Shown here one piece after another: positions 1 through 8,828 of a stretch of 40,639 bases of DNA (within the stretch, counting starts at the first letter, position 1; each line of letters begins with the position of its first letter). The DNA is from an uncultured Kineothrix sp. (GTDB taxonomy: Bacteria; Bacillota; Clostridia; Lachnospirales; Lachnospiraceae), in NCBI GenBank assembly GCA_910588855.1, contig CAJUSR010000032.1, positions 1 through 40,639 on the forward strand. The letters are read 5' to 3'. The notes under the pieces were generated by a model. That model did no database searches and was not told the origin of the DNA. It worked only from the letters and a program-made list of their open reading frames with translations. Position numbers and translations under genes: made by a program.

Positions 1-71
1 GGGAGCTGGCTTTATGGCAAAGGTATAGGTGGGCCTGCAGGTGGATGCCTGCAGGCTTTTTTATGCGTAGT

Positions 72-140
72 CCTGTGTAGGGGGAATATGCGGCGCACAG
101 CGAGTAAGGGGGGAGGAACCTTCCCTACTTGATTGCAGAG
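72..140 (+). repeat. Copy of the same intergenic repeat family seen at 10777-10930
   Basis: CCTGTGTAGGGGGAATATGCGGCGCACAGCGAGTAAGGGGGGAGGAACCTTCCCTACTTGATTGCAGAGG aligns to the 10831-10930 copy. Confidence 0.55.
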
Positions 141-733
141 GCATGCCGTAACTGTCCGTTAATAAATTTTCTAATACCACATATGTTTTTTGTTTTTTTC
201 CTTTCACAACTTTTTACTCTTGATTTCTAAATAAGAAAACATCCATTTCATCACTTTTTTAATTTAGCTTATAGCAGATATAAACTCAGGGCTATTTTCC
301 ATTTATCATTTTAAAATGAAAAGTATAAAAATATTAGATTGATGCGCAGTATGTACAATAGAACATGGTTGTTGATGTACCTGAGATTCTAAAAGAAATA
401 TGTTATAACATATATTTTTGTTTTATATAACAATCTAAAAATTTATTGCAATTTAATAAATCTTGCAGGTAAATGTTTATATATGATATAATAAAAACAC
501 TGATATACAAGCTGATTATCAATTCCCTAACGGGAGTTGCTGACATATGATATAGTAATCGAAGATGTATGGATAGTGCTGTAAATGGGAAGTTTGAAAT
601 ATCATTTCTGAAATAAATGGTTTTACATATCGTTTGCTCATGCCGGAAAAGAAAACCGGAAGAGTGTCTGGGCATTATCACACAAAAACAGAGAAAAGTT
701 TGTAGATGTTTGAAAGCAGTATGGAGGAATAAA

Positions 734-3310
734 ATGAAGAAGAAACATAATAGAAAAAGAATGGATAAAGGATTTTCCCTGCTGCTTTCTATTATATTGG
801 TTTTTTGCATTTTTGGGGCTATTATTTTTTCAGTGGCGCGGAAAATATCTACGGAAATGTCAGCATCGGCAATCCAGAATTTGAGCGAGAGCCTTGATTT
901 GATAAAATCTACAATAGAGGCAATATTAACGAAAGAAGCGGAATTTCAAAAACTGATGGCTCAGGAAATTGCTATGGCAAAGAATCCGGAAGAGTATGTC
1001 CTTACCTTTCAAAAAAATCAGACAATGGTAAAAATATCGATTATTTTATCAGGAGAGGAAGAGGGGATTTCCAATACAGGGGAAACTTTTTCGGAAGATG
1101 GCTTGGATTTTTCCACCGGAAGGACGGTAGATGGGTTGGAAGTTTCACAATCATATGTGAATTATATGGGAACATGGGCTTATTCTATGAAATGCCCGGT
1201 TATAAAGGACGGTAAGGATATTGCTTCATTATATGTGGAATATATTTATGATTCGTTGGATGAGTCACTTCCCAATGGGTTTTATGATAAAAAAGCTATG
1301 CTCTATATTATGGATGCGAGGACAGAAAGATTGGTTCTGAAACCCAAAGGGATGGGTGAGCGGAATGCAGGGCATTTAAATTTGGAGGATTTTTACCGGG
1401 CAAATGATATACAGGAAGAGGGACTTAGAGAAGAAGTTTCCAGATGCGTGAAAGAGGGGAAGAATATCATGTTTTATCATGATATCCGAGGAAAAAGCGC
1501 ATTAAGTTATATGTGGGAAGTGAATGACGGATCCATTTATTTGATTGGCTATGTTCCGATAGAAGCGATTCAACAGGAGGGAAAGACTGTAAACCAGAAT
1601 ATCCTTATCGTTATAGCTATTATGTTAGTAGCCTTTTTCCTGTGCTGCACTTTATATTATTTTAACCAGAGAGAGCAGATTAGGATAAGGAAAGAACGGG
1701 AAGCAGAAAGGGAGATACACAACCACCAGTTAGCAGAGGCATTGCGGGCTGCACAGGCTGCAAGCAATTCTAAGACGATGTTCCTTTCAAATATGTCGCA
1801 TGACATCCGGACGCCGATGAATGCGGTGCTTGGCTTTACGGCATTGCTTGCAAAAGATGCAGAAAACCCGGATAAGGTGAAGGAATATACGAAAAAGATT
1901 ATGGCATCCGGACAGCATCTGCTTAGTTTGATTAATGATATTTTAGATGTTTCCAAGATTGAGAGCGGGAAAGTCATACTTAATATGGAAGTATTTACGC
2001 TGAACGATTTGATATCATCTGTGGATGCAATTATCCGGCCGATGGCAAGGGCAAAGAACCAAAAGTTCCATGTGAAAGTGACAGGGGTTAAGCATGAATA
2101 TTTATTGGGGGATGAGACAAGGATTAATCAGATTTTGATTAACCTTCTGTCCAATGCAGTGAAGTATACGCCGGAAGGAGGAAATATTTGGTTCCGGATT
2201 ATCGGATTGAAACAGCGTTCTGAACAGTACGAGCATATCCGCATTGAGGTGGAAGATGACGGATATGGAATGACACAGGAATATTTGAAAACTATTTTTG
2301 ATGCTTTCACCAGAGCGGAAAACAGCACCACAAATAAAGTCCAGGGTACAGGCCTGGGTATGGCAATTACAAAAAATATTGTGGAATTGATGGGAGGAAC
2401 GATAGACGTTTCCAGCGAGGTGGATAAAGGAAGCCTTTTTAGGGTTGAATTGGAATGCCGGATACCGGAAAAGCAGACGGATATGCAGTTTTGGGAGAAA
2501 AACGGGATTTCCCGAATTATGCTGGTGGACAGCGATGAACAAAGCAACAAAGACATCCAAACGCTTATGGAAAATGAGGGGGTTGCGGTTGACACATTCC
2601 TCTATGCGAAGGAAGCAATACGTACGATTGAGGAAGGGAACGACAAAAAAGAATACCAGATGATTTTACTGGATTGGGATACGGCGGAGATGAATGCTAT
2701 AGAGGTAGCTGAGAAGATAAGAAAGGTGTTGCAGGATACTGTGCCGGTTATCTTTTTAACGGTTTCCGATATAAATGAGATAGAGGAAGTCTGCCGGGTG
2801 GAGAACACAGGAGTGTTTGTAAAACCATTTTTTGTATCCATATTTAAAGAAAAGGTTCTGGAAGTACAGAAAGGGCAGAGGGAAGAAGAAGTTTTAGAGA
2901 AAGTGGAAAGCGGCAATCTGGAAGGGATGCGTTTTCTGGCAGCGGAAGACAATGAAATTAACGCGGAAATCTTATTGGAAATCCTGTCGATTGAAGGAGC
3001 CAGCTGTGAGATTACCGGAAATGGGCAGTTGGCATTGGAGTGTTTTAAGGATTCTGAGGAAGGGGAATTTGATGCGATTTTGATGGATGTCCAGATGCCG
3101 GTTATGAATGGGTATGATGCGACAAAGGCTATCAGGGCATTGGAGAGGAAAGATGCAAAGGAGATACCGATTATAGCTATGACGGCAAACGCTTTTGCTG
3201 AAGATGAGAAGGAAGCTCTGGATGCCGGAATGAATGTCCATTTGGCAAAGCCAATTGATATGGAACTATTAAAGAAAGTACTAACGCAGTACACAATAAG
3301 AAGGGAATAA
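734..3310 (+). CDS. Hybrid sensor histidine kinase/response regulator. It has an N-terminal sensor domain between two TM helices, an H-box, an HATPase domain and two C-terminal receiver domains.
   Basis: RBS GGAGG 6 nt upstream of ATG 734. Two hydrophobic segments (LLLSIILVFCIFGAIIF; ILIVIAIMLVAFFLCCTLYYF) flank a roughly 280 aa extracytoplasmic domain. H-box MSHDIRTPMNAV, HATPase G-boxes (DDGYGM, GTGLGMAI). Two REC-like segments, one with ILLDWD and one with ILMDVQMPVMNGYDATKAIR. Confidence 0.85.
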   Translation: MKKKHNRKRMDKGFSLLLSIILVFCIFGAIIFSVARKISTEMSASAIQNLSESLDLIKSTIEAILTKEAEFQKLMAQEIAMAKNPEEYVLTFQKNQTMVKISIILSGEEEGISNTGETFSEDGLDFSTGRTVDGLEVSQSYVNYMGTWAYSMKCPVIKDGKDIASLYVEYIYDSLDESLPNGFYDKKAMLYIMDARTERLVLKPKGMGERNAGHLNLEDFYRANDIQEEGLREEVSRCVKEGKNIMFYHDIRGKSALSYMWEVNDGSIYLIGYVPIEAIQQEGKTVNQNILIVIAIMLVAFFLCCTLYYFNQREQIRIRKEREAEREIHNHQLAEALRAAQAASNSKTMFLSNMSHDIRTPMNAVLGFTALLAKDAENPDKVKEYTKKIMASGQHLLSLINDILDVSKIESGKVILNMEVFTLNDLISSVDAIIRPMARAKNQKFHVKVTGVKHEYLLGDETRINQILINLLSNAVKYTPEGGNIWFRIIGLKQRSEQYEHIRIEVEDDGYGMTQEYLKTIFDAFTRAENSTTNKVQGTGLGMAITKNIVELMGGTIDVSSEVDKGSLFRVELECRIPEKQTDMQFWEKNGISRIMLVDSDEQSNKDIQTLMENEGVAVDTFLYAKEAIRTIEEGNDKKEYQMILLDWDTAEMNAIEVAEKIRKVLQDTVPVIFLTVSDINEIEEVCRVENTGVFVKPFFVSIFKEKVLEVQKGQREEEVLEKVESGNLEGMRFLAAEDNEINAEILLEILSIEGASCEITGNGQLALECFKDSEEGEFDAILMDVQMPVMNGYDATKAIRALERKDAKEIPIIAMTANAFAEDEKEALDAGMNVHLAKPIDMELLKKVLTQYTIRRE

Positions 3311-3313
3311 AGC

Positions 3314-4633
3314 ATGAATATGAAATGGAAAAGGGGCATGGGGAAGGCTGTAGCAGTATGTCTGGCAGGAGCAGCAGCGCTTATGCTTATATCGTGTGGG
3401 AATAAAGAAGAACCAGGAGTAAACCTTGTGGTATCCGAAAATGAAAATGAAAGGATAGTCAATATGTTCAGCCCTATGGAAAAGATAGACCCGGACGCTG
3501 AAAATGTGGCAAGAAATGCATCGGATATGACAGTTTGCATGGCAGAAGAAAAATTAGGGATAAAAGTGGCATATAATACCTATACAGCGGAAGACCACCA
3601 GGATAAAACGTATGATGAAGTGGCAGTTGACAGGGCGCGCAATAATATGGATGATATATATCTATTAAACCCGGACACAATCCGGACATTAGGGGAAGAA
3701 GGGAAATTACTGGACTTATCAGGGCTGGAATGTGCAAAGAACTTAAGGGATGTGGTAAAAACAGCGAATACTGTCGATGGCAAACTGGTAGCAATCCCTC
3801 AGGAAGTAGTGGCGTACGGATTGTTTATTAATAAAGATATGTTTGACCAATATAATCTTGAACTGCCGGAAACGCCGGAGGATTTTTTGGAGTGCTGCAG
3901 GGTATTTAAGGAGAATGGAATAGAAACGCCAGTGGGTGCAAACCGCTGGTGGCTGGAGACTTTTGTTCTCGCGCAGGCATATGCAGATTTGTATAATGGC
4001 GGGAATACAGAGGCAGAAATAGCAGCCTTGAACAGCGGGGAGAGCAAGTATAGCGATTATATGCGTCCTGGTTTTGAGTTTTTGCAGGAAATGATTGATA
4101 AAGGGTACATTGATACCCAAAAGGCTTATGTGAGCGAGGCGATTGACGGAGAAGGGTCGGATTTTCTGGATCAAAAGGTGCCGATTGTCATGGCATATTG
4201 GGGAGCGGCAAATACAGAGACTGCGTATGGGAATCCGGATTTTGAACTGCAGGTGATTGGGTTTCCAAGCAGCCGTGGACAGATGCCGGTTATGCCTATG
4301 ACAGGTTTTGCAGTTGGGGCAGATGCGGAACATGCGGAAGATGCAATGCTTGCTTTGGATATTATGCTATCCGATGAGGCGCTTCAAACTTATACGGAAA
4401 TTAATAAAGTCATTTCTTCTTCCAAGAATGTGGAAGTAGATTGCATTCCGGCACTAAAGCCGCTGAACGACAGGATAAAAGAAAATGTTTACGTCCTTGG
4501 TTCCAATGCCGGAATGAAAGTGGAGCAATGGGGAAATACATGTATTATTGTACGGAATTTACTGAATGGTGCAACAGTGGATGAGTGTATGGCGGAATTT
4601 GACAGGTTGCAGGAGGAAGCTTTGAGCAAATAG
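3314..4633 (+). CDS. ABC transporter substrate-binding lipoprotein (family 1 extracellular solute-binding protein, carbohydrate-type)
   Basis: Signal peptide plus lipobox LISCGN. Length and composition are typical of family 1 SBPs. It starts 4 nt after the kinase stop, so the two are probably co-transcribed. Confidence 0.75.
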   Translation: MNMKWKRGMGKAVAVCLAGAAALMLISCGNKEEPGVNLVVSENENERIVNMFSPMEKIDPDAENVARNASDMTVCMAEEKLGIKVAYNTYTAEDHQDKTYDEVAVDRARNNMDDIYLLNPDTIRTLGEEGKLLDLSGLECAKNLRDVVKTANTVDGKLVAIPQEVVAYGLFINKDMFDQYNLELPETPEDFLECCRVFKENGIETPVGANRWWLETFVLAQAYADLYNGGNTEAEIAALNSGESKYSDYMRPGFEFLQEMIDKGYIDTQKAYVSEAIDGEGSDFLDQKVPIVMAYWGAANTETAYGNPDFELQVIGFPSSRGQMPVMPMTGFAVGADAEHAEDAMLALDIMLSDEALQTYTEINKVISSSKNVEVDCIPALKPLNDRIKENVYVLGSNAGMKVEQWGNTCIIVRNLLNGATVDECMAEFDRLQEEALSK

Positions 4634-4647
4634 CCGATGTCAATGCG

Positions 4648-5619
4648 CTATGCTTCCGGGAAAAGGATATTCCGTTGCCGCTGCAGCCTTGTTTTAAGGC
4701 TGTGAAGGAATTTGTCATTTCCGATTACCGTTAGCATAGGGCCAAAAGACATGACTTCAATCAATAATTCCGTTTCCATATTTTGGTTATAATAGATGAG
4801 GCATTCGTAAGTTTCCTCATCTATTTTTATTGTATTTTTTTCATAATTGGCAAAATGGAGCATTGCCCTTTCAAGGGCATTGCGTTTATTGACAATCCGT
4901 AGCCGGAGAGGTTCCTTATAATAAGAATGTCGAATCATAGCATTCAAATCAACCGGCAGAGAGAAGGGTTTCTCCGTAAGACGGACGCTTTGCATACGGG
5001 CAATATTAAGGAGTTCGAGTTTCATTTTGCTGCGGCCGGCATGTTTTAGTGCCAGAAGGCGAAATTTATCGTTCTTGACAGAGTATTCCAGGCGTGCTGG
5101 AACATAATAATGATGTACTCGGGCCCCGTTTGGGGAATTGTAGTCAATATCGACGTATTGCCCGCTTTTCTGTGCTTGAAGCAGGGTACGGAAATGGCTG
5201 CGGTAGGAATCTTGCGGATAAGGGTCGCCGTCTGCAAAGCGGTCATAGTAGAAAAACTGCTCCGGTTTCCAAAGCGGGGGAACGGCAGCAAGCAATTGCT
5301 GTATGGTTTTTAGCTGGCCTTCGTCAAGGAATAGCCCTATGCGTAAGTCCGATAATAATGCTTTCAGGTAAGATTTTTCAATATCGGAAAGCGGAACCAT
5401 AAGAGGGGATTTGAGTTTGGAAAGATATAATTCCCCATCTTTATCGAATAAATTCCATGTACCGTTTTCCAGCTTGGGAATAATGGAAAGCAGGCTTTCA
5501 GCAAAACCCTCTCGGGAAATTTGGGAGCGGATATCTTGAATGGTTACGGCGTTTTGAACGGAAAGGATATGTCGTAATACTTGGTAATAGCAGCTATAAA
5601 TTTCAGAAAATAACTCCAT
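4648..5619 (-). CDS. WYL-domain transcriptional regulator, the downstream member of a tandem WYL pair
   Basis: The segment YVPARLEYSVKNDKFRLLALKHAGRSKMKLELLNIARMQSVRL matches the WYL-domain pattern (aromatic-x-L followed by R-x-FRL...RI). A putative wHTH lies at the N-terminus. The start was chosen at the internal Met (MELFSEIY); the ORF could extend to 5646. Confidence 0.5.
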   Translation of the reverse strand: MELFSEIYSCYYQVLRHILSVQNAVTIQDIRSQISREGFAESLLSIIPKLENGTWNLFDKDGELYLSKLKSPLMVPLSDIEKSYLKALLSDLRIGLFLDEGQLKTIQQLLAAVPPLWKPEQFFYYDRFADGDPYPQDSYRSHFRTLLQAQKSGQYVDIDYNSPNGARVHHYYVPARLEYSVKNDKFRLLALKHAGRSKMKLELLNIARMQSVRLTEKPFSLPVDLNAMIRHSYYKEPLRLRIVNKRNALERAMLHFANYEKNTIKIDEETYECLIYYNQNMETELLIEVMSFGPMLTVIGNDKFLHSLKTRLQRQRNILFPEA

Positions 5620-6877
5620 TCGCGGTTTCTCCTTTAGATTCTTCATTTATCTGGTAAATATGATACATAGTTTGCAAGTCCCGGTAGAATCGTTGTTCCA
5701 CGGATTTGGAACTGCATTGCAGGGATAGGATACGGCCGATGAAAGTACGTATCCAGGGAAGCATTTCGTTGCAGTCAAAGACTTCAATTTCATACCGGTA
5801 GACATTGGGTCCGGTTTTTTGAACAGTGCCGCCTCTGCCTTCACGCTTTAAACGGTCAAGTATATAATTTTCATAAGGCTCCATAATCTGCAAATCCATA
5901 ATTAGCTTTTCAAGATGGTTCCTTTCGGTGCCTTGGAAAGATACACCCCAAAGGTACTGGCGGTTTCTGCTAAGTTTAAGAAGCAATCCGTCGTATTCTT
6001 CCGATTGTTCCAAAGCAGCCACACATTTGATGGTATCTAAGCGGAAGCAGGTAAAACGTTTGCTTTTGCCCACATATCCGCATAGGAAGCGCCGGCCGCT
6101 TCTGGTGCTGGTAAAAATTTGCATTGGTATGCAGCATACAGTGTTGGAAATATTTTTCTTGGAGCTTTTGATTTCCAGTTGCACCTCAAGCTTTTGATTC
6201 ATGGCTTCCAAGAGGGAAAGTAGGATTTCATCTTCCAGAGTATGTACAAAAAAACTATGTTTGACGCGAAAAGTATGGTTATGATAGTCGAATTGTTCCA
6301 TCAGTTCGTTCCCGATAATTCCAAAACAGCTTGCCATTTGGTAAAAGGCAAGGGCATCCATCACGGCTTCATTGGCTTGCAGCCAGGCAGGGAGGGTATT
6401 ATCAAGGGAAAAAACAACTGTCTTCCCGGATTTTTCTTTATTCAACAAACCTTCCTTTGAATAGGAATTGCATTTCCGGCGGACGGATTGGATATCGAAA
6501 AATGTTTCATATTCGGCAAGCAGACTGTCCGTTATTTCTTCCACAGTCATTTTCCTGCCATTTTGGAGTAAGTCCAATATTAAGAAATGGAGGGAAATAT
6601 CATTGTCGGTGAAGCTTTTTGTTTTCCATACCTGAAACAATGGATTGGTGTCAAGGAGATTACTGTCTATGGCAAGGGAAATGTTGGCTTTGTTGGATAC
6701 ATAATCTTTCCTGATGTAAGGGGAAAGCCAACTTTCCAGCCGCCTTCGCTCATTGTCGTAAGTACGGGGGCTTTTGTCCTTAAATTCGTTTCTTGTTTTG
6801 AAACCATATACAAAAAAATCCCTGACATATTCTCTCGTTTTAGGGAAGCTTTTTATCAATTCCTGGAAATCTGACAT
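5603..6877 (-). CDS. HTH plus WYL-domain transcriptional regulator, the upstream member of the pair, divergent from rtcB
   Basis: RBS GGAGGGG sits before ATG 6877. A wHTH-like segment (MTVEEITDSLL...) lies at the N-terminus. The WYL-like core RRFLCGYVGKSKRFTCFRLDTIKCVAAL is present. Its 3' end overlaps the next WYL gene. Confidence 0.55.
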   Translation of the reverse strand: MSDFQELIKSFPKTREYVRDFFVYGFKTRNEFKDKSPRTYDNERRRLESWLSPYIRKDYVSNKANISLAIDSNLLDTNPLFQVWKTKSFTDNDISLHFLILDLLQNGRKMTVEEITDSLLAEYETFFDIQSVRRKCNSYSKEGLLNKEKSGKTVVFSLDNTLPAWLQANEAVMDALAFYQMASCFGIIGNELMEQFDYHNHTFRVKHSFFVHTLEDEILLSLLEAMNQKLEVQLEIKSSKKNISNTVCCIPMQIFTSTRSGRRFLCGYVGKSKRFTCFRLDTIKCVAALEQSEEYDGLLLKLSRNRQYLWGVSFQGTERNHLEKLIMDLQIMEPYENYILDRLKREGRGGTVQKTGPNVYRYEIEVFDCNEMLPWIRTFIGRILSLQCSSKSVEQRFYRDLQTMYHIYQINEESKGETANGVIF

Positions 6878-7052
6878 CTTTTATCCCCTCCTTGGCTATG
6901 AGATTAATTATAGCATATGCCTTGCCTGTATTTCAGCAAATTTTGTGTTCGCAACTTTTTTAAAATGATAATTTGGAAGATGTTGTATATAATTGCATTA
7001 TCAGATGAAGAGAGGGAATTGGAAATACATAGAGAATTGAAGGAGGTATATT

Positions 7053-8285
7053 ATGTTTGTCATATATAATGAAAAAACCAGATTTCCGGTAAAAGTTTGG
7101 CTGGAAAATATAGAGCAATTGGAAGCAAATTGTTTGGAGCAGGCTTATCACCTGTCACAGCTTCCTTTTATCCATAAATGGGTTTGTTTGATGCCGGATA
7201 CCCATGCCGGCAAGGGAATGCCTATCGGCGGTGTAATCGCTGCAAAAGATGTGGTGATTCCAAACGCGGTAGGAGTCGATATCGGATGCGGTATGGATTT
7301 TATTCCGACTAATATCCGTTATGACGATATACGGGAAATCCAGACAGGGAACGGCACAGTGATTCAGTCCATCATCGGCAATATTATGAGGGAAATCCCG
7401 TTAAATACGGAGAGGCATAAAACGCCGCAGAAATCGAAAGTCCTCGACCGGGCAATGCAGGAAATGGAAAAGTATGAGGCGGATGAGGAGCTGGTGCCTT
7501 TCATTGAGGACGGCTATTTTCAGGTAGGAAGCCTGGGAGGTGGCAATCATTTTATTGAGGTACAGGAGGACCAGGACGGGTATCTTGGCATTATGATTCA
7601 TTCCGGCAGCAGGCATCTGGGGAAAACTATCTGCGATTATTTCCATAACAAAGCAAGGGAACTAAACAGAAAATGGTACAGCGAAGTAAAGGAAGAATAC
7701 CGGCTGGCTTTTTTGCCCGTATCTTCAAAAGAGGGGAAGCAGTACATCCACTGGATGAATCTGGCTATGGATTATGCTTTTGAAAACCGGGAACGGATGT
7801 TGGATAAAGTTTGTTCCATAGTAAAAGAGGTGGTAGAGAAGCATACGGGGATTACGGTAGAATTTGGACAGGAAATCAACTGCCATCATAACTATGCGGC
7901 ATTGGAAAACCATTATGATGCCAATGTCTGGGTACACCGCAAGGGGGCTGTCCGGGTGCGGGAAGGGGAAATGGCTGTCATTCCGGGCGCAATGGGCTCT
8001 TATAGTTATATAGTGGAAGGGAAAGGGAACAAGGATTCTTTCTGCACTTCTTCTCATGGAGCCGGAAGGAATTATTCCAGGACGGGTGCGATGCAGGCAT
8101 TTTCGGTAGAAAAAGTGATGGTGGACTTAAAGGAGCAGGGGGTTGTATTGGGGAAACGGAAGAAGAATGATGTAGCTGAAGAGTGCCGGTTTGCTTATAA
8201 AGATATTGACCAAGTGATGGCACAGCAGTTGGATATTGTTACACCAGTGAGAAAACTGAAGACAGTTGGTGTAGTGAAAGGGTAA
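7053..8285 (+). CDS. rtcB: RNA-splicing ligase RtcB (3'-phosphate/5'-hydroxyl RNA ligase)
   Basis: RBS AAGGAGG lies upstream. Hallmark RtcB motifs are present: MPDTHAGKGMPIGGV, GGNHFIEVQ, HSGSRHLG, and the C-terminal HRKGA...IPGAMGS...SHGAGR. Confidence 0.9.
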   Translation: MFVIYNEKTRFPVKVWLENIEQLEANCLEQAYHLSQLPFIHKWVCLMPDTHAGKGMPIGGVIAAKDVVIPNAVGVDIGCGMDFIPTNIRYDDIREIQTGNGTVIQSIIGNIMREIPLNTERHKTPQKSKVLDRAMQEMEKYEADEELVPFIEDGYFQVGSLGGGNHFIEVQEDQDGYLGIMIHSGSRHLGKTICDYFHNKARELNRKWYSEVKEEYRLAFLPVSSKEGKQYIHWMNLAMDYAFENRERMLDKVCSIVKEVVEKHTGITVEFGQEINCHHNYAALENHYDANVWVHRKGAVRVREGEMAVIPGAMGSYSYIVEGKGNKDSFCTSSHGAGRNYSRTGAMQAFSVEKVMVDLKEQGVVLGKRKKNDVAEECRFAYKDIDQVMAQQLDIVTPVRKLKTVGVVKG

Positions 8286-8394
8286 AGGAAATAATTTATA
8301 GGCACGGGTATCGGGAGTTACTCCCTGCCCGGCGGTGCCTGCAGCGTGCTGTTAGGTATATCATAAATATTTCATAAAACTTAACATGGAGTTA

Positions 8395-8515
8395 AGGAAG
8401 TTTGTGGTGTCGAGGGTTCGATTCCCTTCCGTGTAAACGGTAGCTCAGTTGGTAGAGTACACAATATTATGGCAAGACCTATCAAGTCTGCGGTTCAAAT
8501 CCGCTCTAAAAAAGC
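8395..8515 (+). ncRNA. tRNA-like structured RNA candidate immediately downstream of rtcB (Y-RNA-like/YrlA-like, or a decayed tRNA)
   Basis: Two T-arm-like motifs (GAGGGTTCGATTCCCTT at about 8412-8428; GCGGTTCAAATCCGC at about 8489-8503) and a D-arm-like GCTCAGTTGGTAGAGT (about 8443-8458) are present. No full cloverleaf with acceptor and anticodon stems can be folded by eye. A GC hairpin (8301-8339) lies just upstream. Confidence 0.3.
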
Positions 8516-8828
8516 TTTTATCCCGATTTCGGCACATTCCGCGCTTGGAAAGGTGAGGAATGGGAATGCAGGTTGGTTTGATGCCTGAAAGTTTGGGATA
8601 CCGTAGTATGGAATAGACGAAAGGCAGGCTGCAAAGGATATTTACTGTCTGGCATAAGCCGGTGGGCATTTTGGGCCTATAGGCTTAGGCAGACAAAGGA
8701 TGTATGGATGCAGCTTTGCAATCCGTCTTGGAAATCTGCTGAACAAAATTTCCGCATAAAGTCAATGAAAGAGGGGTAAAAGCATTTTGAAATGGAATGC
8801 ACAGGGCAGTGCAGAAATGAGGTGGAAA

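Noticed and set aside
403-810. 135 aa minus-strand ORF upstream of and overlapping the hybrid kinase start
   Set aside because: It lies in an AT-rich promoter region with low-complexity hydrophobic translation and no RBS. It overlaps the well-supported kinase start, so it is most likely spurious.
8395-8515. Calling the tRNA-like motifs after rtcB as a genuine tRNA gene
   Set aside because: No acceptor stem or anticodon stem can be paired around the D- and T-like arms, and two T-arms occur with one D-arm. It was kept only as a tRNA-like or Y-RNA-like candidate.
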